A DNA stretch of 64,000 nt from a bacterium (lineage in GTDB: Bacteria > Auribacterota > Erginobacteria > Erginobacterales > DAOSXE01). The position numbers and the translations under genes were made by a program. The notes beneath the pieces are model-generated. The model worked only from the letters and a program-made list of their open reading frames with translations, had not been told where the DNA came from and did not search any database. Of the stretch, positions 1-5,835 are shown piece after piece. Numbering within the stretch: the first letter of the stretch is position 1; every line of letters starts with the position of its first letter. The stretch covers positions 17,217 to 81,216 of the forward strand of contig DAOSXE010000008.1 of assembly GCA_035380285.1 (NCBI GenBank). Direction: 5' to 3'.

Positions 1-915
1 AAGTACGACCACGACACCGGCGGCCTCTCCATCGACGACGAGGGCCAGCTCTGGGTCGAGGGCGGCAAGGGTACGCACATCTACCGCCTGGATGTCGGCT
101 ACAGCCCCTTCGTGGCCGAAGTGACCGGGCATATCGATTCCGGGGATTACGACGGCGACGGCACCTCGGACATCGCCCTCTTCCGGCCGGCCACCTCTCT
201 CTGGGCCGTTCGCGGGGTCACCCGCTGCTACTACGGAACGGCTTCCAGCGTTCCGGTCTCGGGCGATTACAACGGCGACGGTACTTCCGACATCGCCACC
301 TACGACAAGACCAACAGCCGCTGGTCGGTGCGGGGCTACACCAAGTTCTACTACGGGGTCGAGGACGACTACCCGGTGCCGGGCGACTACAACGGGAGCC
401 TGTCGGTCCGGGCCGCGGTCTACCGTCCTTCCACCGGGCTGTGGGCCCTGCGCGGGCTTTCGCGCTTCTACTATGGGGAGGAGACGGACCTGCCCATACC
501 CGGGTACTTCCATTCCACCTATAAAAGCGTCAAGTTCCCCGCCCTCTTCCGCGGCTCCTCCGGCCTCTGGCTGATCCGCAACCTGGGCAACTACTACTTC
601 GGCGAGCGCGGCGATACTCCCGTGGTGGCCGACTACAACGGCGACTGGGTCGACGACATCGGGATCTTCCGCGAGGACGCCGGCCTCTGGGTCGTCAGGA
701 GCGTCACCCGCAGCTACTTCGGCCAGGAAGAGGACGAGGCGGTTCCCGCCGATTACCTCGGCGACGGCACCGCCGACATCGGGATTTTCCGGGCGGCCTC
801 GGGCAAGTGGCAGCTGAACGGAGTAGGGACCTACTTCTACGGCACCGCGGGCGATCTGCCCGCCACCGGGCGTCTCTGCTTCAACCCCTCGGCCGCGGCT
901 CCCGCCGGCATATAA
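1..915 (+). CDS. FG-GAP/VCBS-like repeat protein, C-terminal part (5' end lies outside the window)
   Basis: Frame 1 is open from base 1. The first residues (KYDHDTGGLSIDDEGQLWVEGGKGTHIYRLDVGY) match the end of the propeller-like domain of the paralog at 11221-13590, followed by about 6 repeats of DY(D/N)GDG(T)SDIA.FRP..GLW.VRG.TR.YYG. It ends with GDLPATGRLCFNPSAAAPAGI and stop TAA 913-915. Confidence 0.85.
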   Translation, partial: KYDHDTGGLSIDDEGQLWVEGGKGTHIYRLDVGYSPFVAEVTGHIDSGDYDGDGTSDIALFRPATSLWAVRGVTRCYYGTASSVPVSGDYNGDGTSDIATYDKTNSRWSVRGYTKFYYGVEDDYPVPGDYNGSLSVRAAVYRPSTGLWALRGLSRFYYGEETDLPIPGYFHSTYKSVKFPALFRGSSGLWLIRNLGNYYFGERGDTPVVADYNGDWVDDIGIFREDAGLWVVRSVTRSYFGQEEDEAVPADYLGDGTADIGIFRAASGKWQLNGVGTYFYGTAGDLPATGRLCFNPSAAAPAGI

Positions 916-923
916 ACCCGACC

Positions 924-2504
924 GTGAAGGAAAAAAGCCCCCGCCGGTTCCCGGCGGGGGCTTTTTCTTTTTGCACCGGGAAGCGCCTTCTCGCCCTTCT
1001 GGCCGCATCCGCGCCCTTGCTCGGCCCGGGGCGGGCCGGGGGCGCCTGTTCTCCCGAACCCCGGATCGTGGACACCATTCCCCGCTACGGGCTGGGCTGG
1101 TCGGGGGGCGTCTGCTGGCGGGAGGGGAGGATCTACGAGGTCACCGACAAACTCGCCGGGGTCCTGATCAAGGATGCCGACAGCGGTTCGGTAGTAGGGT
1201 CCATCTCCCTTCCCTGGGACGACATCAAGGACATAACCTACGACTCCCGGAGGGACTCCTTCTGGGTCAAACCCGGGGAAGGGGTCCAGAGCGTCTACCG
1301 CATCAACGCCGACGGGGACGTGCTGGGGTCCTTCGACCACAGCGGCATCAACCGCTATATCTTCGGCCTATACTGCGATCCCCAGACCCCCGACGTCATG
1401 TGGATGGCCAGCCATGTCTCGCCCCGTCTCTATAAAGTCAGGCTCCCCGACGGGGCGGTGCTCGACACCATCGATCTGGACTTTCAGGCCCGGGGGGTGG
1501 TGCGCGCGGGGAACTACCTCTGGTGCACCTACGGCGGAGAGACCGGTGACCCGGGGCTGATCGTCAAGACCGACGCTACGGGCGCGATCCTCTGCACTTT
1601 CGAGCTGCCCGCCGGGGAGTACTGTCACGATGCCGGGGGGATGTCCCTGGACGACGCGGGCTGCCTCTGGGTCCATGGGGGGAAGAACACCGCGATCTAC
1701 CGGATCTGGACGGGGGAGACGCCGGCCCCCACCCCGGCTTCGACCGGGGAGGCTTCCTGCGATTCCGGAGATTTCGACGGCGACGGAACCAGCGACGCCG
1801 CCGTCTTCAGGCCCGGCAACGGACTCTGGGCGATCCGGGGAATCTCCCGGTTCTACTTCGGCCGTGACGGCGACCGTCCCGCCTGCGCCGACTACGACGG
1901 CGACGGGACCACCGATCCCGCTCTTTTCCGGAGTTCGGAGGGGCTTTGGATCCGGCTCGGCGGCGCGCGCTGCTACTTCGGGGCTTCCGGAGACGTCCCC
2001 GTCCCCGGGGACTACGACGGAAGCGGGACGTGCCGCCCCGCGATTTACCGGTCCGGCACCGGTTTCTGGGCGGTCAGGGCCCTGACCCGGTTTTTCTTCG
2101 GCGCCTCCGGAGACGCTCCGGTCCCGGGTTACTATTCCGGTTCCGCCTGCCTGGGCGCCGTTTTCCGGCCTGCCTCGGGCAAATGGCTGATCCGGGGCTC
2201 GACCGCTTGCTGGTTCGGGCAATCCGGAGACGTCCCCGTCCCTTCCCTGGGGGGCGCCCGCGGCGCCTGGCGGCCCGCGGTCTTCCGCCCCTCGTCCGGG
2301 TATTGGGCGGTGCGCGGCGGCCTCAAGGGCTATTTCGGCCGTTCCGGAGACGTGCCGGTTCCGGCCAGCTATGACGGCCGCCCGGATACGGTCTATGCCG
2401 CCGTCTTCCGCGCCTCCGCCGGGTTGTGGAAGATTTACGGCCGGACCGCCTTTTATCTGGGGAGCGCGGGAGATATCCCCCTCACCGGTTCCCCCTGTCG
2501 CTGA
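924..2504 (+). CDS. secreted FG-GAP/VCBS-like repeat protein with N-terminal beta-propeller-like domain (start codon uncertain)
   Basis: Paralog of the 11221-13590 protein (KRLLALLAASAPLLG signal-like segment, GWSGGVCW, IYEVTD, HDAGGMSLDDAGCLWVHGGKNTAIYRIW), then a PT-rich linker and about 7 FG-GAP-like repeats. The only in-frame canonical start after the upstream stop is GTG 924, so the terminator hairpin would lie inside the 5' coding region. The six-frame ORF 807-2504 overlaps the upstream gene and is an extension artefact. Confidence 0.7.
   Translation: MKEKSPRRFPAGAFSFCTGKRLLALLAASAPLLGPGRAGGACSPEPRIVDTIPRYGLGWSGGVCWREGRIYEVTDKLAGVLIKDADSGSVVGSISLPWDDIKDITYDSRRDSFWVKPGEGVQSVYRINADGDVLGSFDHSGINRYIFGLYCDPQTPDVMWMASHVSPRLYKVRLPDGAVLDTIDLDFQARGVVRAGNYLWCTYGGETGDPGLIVKTDATGAILCTFELPAGEYCHDAGGMSLDDAGCLWVHGGKNTAIYRIWTGETPAPTPASTGEASCDSGDFDGDGTSDAAVFRPGNGLWAIRGISRFYFGRDGDRPACADYDGDGTTDPALFRSSEGLWIRLGGARCYFGASGDVPVPGDYDGSGTCRPAIYRSGTGFWAVRALTRFFFGASGDAPVPGYYSGSACLGAVFRPASGKWLIRGSTACWFGQSGDVPVPSLGGARGAWRPAVFRPSSGYWAVRGGLKGYFGRSGDVPVPASYDGRPDTVYAAVFRASAGLWKIYGRTAFYLGSAGDIPLTGSPCR
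931..972 (+). terminator. rho-independent terminator (GC hairpin gcccccgccgg-ttc-ccggcgggggc followed by a T-run)
   Basis: Perfect 11-bp stem, 3-nt loop, then tttttcttttt, starting 16 nt after the stop of the upstream CDS. Confidence 0.6.
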
Positions 2505-2521
2505 CCCCCGGGGGGGAGAAA

Positions 2522-2870
2522 GGGTTCAGGGTTCGGGGTTCAGGGGGACCACTCCATGCCCGATGCTCTATGCTCTGTGCTTCTCACATATAGACATGTA
2601 GGTAATGTAGGGTGGATGGTGAAGGGGGTTTAGGATGTGGGCTTTGATTTGCCCATCTAAAATTTTCCCCAATCAGAGTTAATCAGAGAAATCAGGTGCA
2701 GAAATCTCCAGGGGCCGTGGCGGAGGCCTTGCTCTCTGCTCCCCCGAACCCTGAACCCTGAACCCTGTATTCCTCCCCCCGTCAGAGTTAATCAGAGTAA
2801 TCAGGTGCAGAAATCTCCAGGGGCCGTGGCGGAGGCCTTCCTCCTGAACCCCGAACCCTGAACCCTGGGG
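2522..2870. repeat. AT-rich composite repeat element: inverted (GGGTTCA)3 / (GAACCCT)3 heptamer arrays flanking an AT-rich core and two tandem about 100-bp units
   Basis: 2522-2547 gggttcagggttcggggttcaggggg is the reverse complement of 2847-2869. A 58-bp core tcagagttaatcagagNaatcaggtgcagaaatctccaggggccgtggcggaggcctt is present twice (2683-2740 and 2783-2839, 1 mismatch), each followed by (gaaccct)n. Local GC is far below the surrounding 70%. Confidence 0.5.
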
Positions 2871-2893
2871 GGAGCGGGCGGTGGGGTCTTACT

Positions 2894-3826
2894 CTATGCC
2901 CGCTGCCCCCCGCGGGTGGTCTCGCGCACCAGTCCGGCAGGGCGGCCCATGTTCCGGAAATGGAGCCGGGCGAGATAACTCCCGATGATCCCCAGCACCA
3001 GGAACTGGGCGCCCGAGAAGATGGCGATAATCGAGGCCAGGAACGGGAAACCGGGGAAACTGTAGCCGAGAACCAGGTAGCGGCCGACTACGTAGACCAG
3101 GATCCCCACCCCGAAAACGGTGAAGCCGAACCCCAGGAAGCTGACGACCTTCAGCGGCCAGGCGCTGAACCCGGTGATGACGTTGACGGCTTGAGCCAGA
3201 AGCTTGATGAAGCCGTAGTTCGACGTTCCTTCCCGGCGCGGCTCGTGGCGGACCCGGACGGCCCCGAAGCGCGATGTGCCCCAGGAAAGCGGGACGTCGA
3301 TGATGATGAACGGGCCCCGGTATTCCCGAAACGCCTGTTTGAGTTCGGAGCGCATGGCCCGAAAGGAGCTGACGCTGCGGGCCAGTTCCGGCCCCAGCGC
3401 GCTCTGAACCATGAGCCGCAACAGGGCCGAGCCGCGGCGCCTCCAGAAACTTTGGCGGATTTCCGCCGGGATGCCGTAGACCACGTCGGCGCCGGCCTCC
3501 AGTTCCCGCAGCAGCCGCGGGATCTCCTCGGGGGGGTTCTGGAGATCGTCGTCGATGGTGACGATGGCCTCGTGGCGGGCGATGTTGATCCCCTGGAGCA
3601 GGGCGTTGTGCTGTCCATAGTTCCGCATCAGGTCCACGCCGACTACCTTGTCGCCGTCCGCCGCCAGGGTTCTTATGGTATCCCAGCTGCGGTCGGTGCT
3701 GCCGTCGTTGACCAGGATGATTTCGTAATCTTCCGCGGCTTCGGCGAGTACGCGCCGAAGCCGGTCCACCAAGGGGGCAATGGTAGCTTCGCTGTTATAA
3801 ACCGGGACAACCACCGATACGTTCAT
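2894..3826 (-). CDS. GT2 family glycosyltransferase, polyprenyl-phosphate sugar synthase type (ArnC/GtrB/DPM1-like) with C-terminal TM helices
   Basis: MNVSVVVPVYNSE...ILVNDGSTD...DDDLQNPPEEIP is a GT-A DxD-type N-terminus with two C-terminal hydrophobic helices. Start ATG 3824-3826 with RBS agggag; the ATGA overlap with the upstream wecE stop indicates coupling. The six-frame ORF to 4099 is an upstream extension. Confidence 0.8.
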   Translation of the reverse strand: MNVSVVVPVYNSEATIAPLVDRLRRVLAEAAEDYEIILVNDGSTDRSWDTIRTLAADGDKVVGVDLMRNYGQHNALLQGINIARHEAIVTIDDDLQNPPEEIPRLLRELEAGADVVYGIPAEIRQSFWRRRGSALLRLMVQSALGPELARSVSSFRAMRSELKQAFREYRGPFIIIDVPLSWGTSRFGAVRVRHEPRREGTSNYGFIKLLAQAVNVITGFSAWPLKVVSFLGFGFTVFGVGILVYVVGRYLVLGYSFPGFPFLASIIAIFSGAQFLVLGIIGSYLARLHFRNMGRPAGLVRETTRGGQRA

Positions 3827-4974
3827 GGCTTGAACTCCCTGACCGCTGCGATTACCAGTTTCTGCTCCCGTTCTTCCAGCCCGGTAAAGAAGGGGAGCCG
3901 GAGCAGCCGCGCGCTCACGTCTTCGGTTACCGGGCAGTCTCCTTCCCGTCCTCCGTACCGCCGCCCCATGGGAGAGAGGTGCAGGGGCAGATAGTGGAAG
4001 ACGCTGCAGATCCGGCGCGAACGCAGATGCCCGATCAGGGCGTCCCGGGCGGCCGCCGAGGGAAGCAGGAGATGAAAAAGGTGGTAGGAACTCCGGCAAT
4101 GGTCCGGGACGACGGGGAGCCGGGCCCCTGCCGCCGCCGCCCAGTCCCGGAGGCCGTCGCGGTACCGGAACCAGATCGCCCGCCGCCGGTCCTGGATCCG
4201 TTCCCGGGCTTCCAGCTGGGCCAGGAGAAATCCGGCCAGGATATCGGAGAGCACGTAACTGCTGCCCAGGTCCAGCCAGGTGTATTTATCCGTCTGCCCG
4301 CGGAAGAGTTGACTGCGGTTGGTCCCTTTCTCCCGGATGATTTCGGCCCGCTCGATCAGATCGGCGCGGTTGATGATCAGCGCTCCCCCTTCCCCGCAGG
4401 AGATATTCTTGGTCTCGTGAAAACTGAGGGCGCCCAAGTCCCCGAAGCTGCCCAGGGGTTTTCCCCTCCAGCCGCCGAAGATCCCGTGGGCGTTGTCTTC
4501 CAGGACCGCCCACCCCCGCTCGCCCGCCAGCCCCATGATCGCGTCCATCTCGCAGCCCACCCCCCCGTAGTGGACGGGAACCACCGCCTTGACCCGCGGT
4601 CCCGCGGCGTCTTCCAGGAGACGTTCGTCGAGGTTGAGGGTGTCGGGCCTGATGTCGACGAACCGGGGTTTCGCTCCCCGGAGTATAAAGGCGTTCACGG
4701 TGGAGACGAAGGTGAAGGAGGGGACGATGACCTCGTCCCCGGGGCCGACGCCGAACAGCAGCGCCGCCATCTCCAGGGCGTGGGTACAGGAGGTGGTGAG
4801 CAGGACCCGGGGGGAGCCGGTTTCTTCCTCCAGTATCCGTTCGCAGCGCGCCGTGAACTCGCCGTTGCCGGAAATGTGTCCCCGCCGGATCGCCTCCCCG
4901 ATGTAGTCCAGTTCCGGTCCCGCCAGCCCGGCGCGGTTGAAGGGGATCGCCCAGGAAATCGCATTTGTTCCCAT
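3823..4974 (-). CDS. wecE: dTDP-4-amino-4,6-dideoxygalactose transaminase (DegT/DnrJ/EryC1 family, WecE-like)
   Basis: Near-collinear similarity to E. coli WecE recalled from memory (IPFN..G.ELDY, SCT.ALEMAALL, PSFTFVSTVNAF.LRGA, VPVHY.GV.CEMD.IM, SFHETKN, EGGAL.IN, ERAEIIREKGTNRSQ.FRGQ.DKYTW.D.GSSY, VFHY.PLH). Confidence 0.85.
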   Translation of the reverse strand: MGTNAISWAIPFNRAGLAGPELDYIGEAIRRGHISGNGEFTARCERILEEETGSPRVLLTTSCTHALEMAALLFGVGPGDEVIVPSFTFVSTVNAFILRGAKPRFVDIRPDTLNLDERLLEDAAGPRVKAVVPVHYGGVGCEMDAIMGLAGERGWAVLEDNAHGIFGGWRGKPLGSFGDLGALSFHETKNISCGEGGALIINRADLIERAEIIREKGTNRSQLFRGQTDKYTWLDLGSSYVLSDILAGFLLAQLEARERIQDRRRAIWFRYRDGLRDWAAAAGARLPVVPDHCRSSYHLFHLLLPSAAARDALIGHLRSRRICSVFHYLPLHLSPMGRRYGGREGDCPVTEDVSARLLRLPFFTGLEEREQKLVIAAVREFKP

Positions 4975-4975
4975 T

Positions 4976-5722
4976 TCAGGAATCGAACCAGCGGTGAAAG
5001 GTATACGCCGCCGACTCCGGTTCGAAGCCGGCGCGGATCATGCTTTTTTGCATCGGTCTGTTGGTCATGAGCACATGGGCTTCGGCGATGGTCCGCCCCT
5101 GGTCCCGCGCCCACCGAAGCCCGGCGACGATCAGATCGTGCATCACCAGACTGCGTCGCCCGATTCCGGGAATGCCGCCCGCCAGGGGAAAATCGGCCCT
5201 GGCGGCGGAAATGTTCCGGCAGGTCACCAGGCCGACGGGCTTCGAGCCGTCCCAGGCTAGCATGACGTCGCCACAGCCGTCCAGACCGCGCAGGCAGTTG
5301 AGCGCCCAGGAGGAATAGATATCCCCGGCGGCGTACCCCTCCAGCCTGGGGTCTTCCCCGTAATGGCCCCGGTAGTTCTCGAAGGCGAGCCGAGCGACCT
5401 CCGCCAGGGCGTCTTCCTGCCCCGCAGAGGCCCGGACCACCCGGTAGCGGCCCGAGAAAGGAGGCAGTTCCCGCGGTGCGGCGAGCTTCCGGATATAGAC
5501 CAGGATGGTGTCGGTCAGGAAGAACCCGGCCTTTTCCAGGGCCTGGGCCGCGCGGTAGCTCCCGGCGGGAACGCGGGCGACCAGGAGCCCGACCTTCAAT
5601 TCCCCGCACGCCTTCATGACCGGATCCAGTTCCCCGGGGCTTGCGATCGAGGCTCTGCCGACCCTGACCCCGAACCGTTCGCTGTCGAGGCGGGCGATCG
5701 CGACCGGATGGGATTTTTTCAT
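4976..5722 (-). CDS. wecD: dTDP-4-amino-4,6-dideoxygalactose (fucosamine) N-acetyltransferase, WecD-like GNAT
   Basis: Length and architecture match WecD/RffC (N-terminal domain plus C-terminal GNAT; C-terminus ...AAYTFHRWF resembles WecD ...TAYWLYR). It lies immediately upstream of wecE with a 1-nt gap, as in ECA clusters. Confidence 0.7.
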   Translation of the reverse strand: MKKSHPVAIARLDSERFGVRVGRASIASPGELDPVMKACGELKVGLLVARVPAGSYRAAQALEKAGFFLTDTILVYIRKLAAPRELPPFSGRYRVVRASAGQEDALAEVARLAFENYRGHYGEDPRLEGYAAGDIYSSWALNCLRGLDGCGDVMLAWDGSKPVGLVTCRNISAARADFPLAGGIPGIGRRSLVMHDLIVAGLRWARDQGRTIAEAHVLMTNRPMQKSMIRAGFEPESAAYTFHRWFDS

Positions 5723-5835
5723 GGCAACAGGTGTCCGCTTGCGCGCGGCGGTGCTGTTCTTATAGTATTACTGTTCGAGCGCCCGCGGGCGCTCTGCATC
5801 CGACCGCTACAGTATACCAGCGAGGTATCCGGGGC
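5723..5835. promoter_or_regulatory. divergent promoter region with an 18-bp perfect palindrome GAGCGCCCGCGGGCGCTC (5777-5794) flanked by TATAGTATTACTGT (plus) and GGTATACTGTA (minus) -10-like elements
   Basis: 113-bp gap between the divergently transcribed wecD operon and the GT-C gene. The palindrome is centred between TATAGT (5761-5766) and the minus-strand TGgTATACT (5808-5818). Confidence 0.4.

Noticed and set aside
807-2504. Long in-frame 5' extensions of many plus-strand ORFs (starts at 807, 19234, 26154, 28057, 34245, 36677, 38062, 38376, 45219, 45668, 48222, 59208, 60049)
   Set aside because: Each extension overlaps the previous gene. Internal ATG/GTG starts sit exactly at 4-nt stop/start overlaps or behind good Shine-Dalgarno sequences, and conserved N-termini begin there. 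The extensions exist only because stop codons are rare in 70% GC DNA.
2683-2870. CRISPR array
   Set aside because: Only two copies of a 100-bp unit, with no short repeat/spacer periodicity. No cas genes anywhere in the window.
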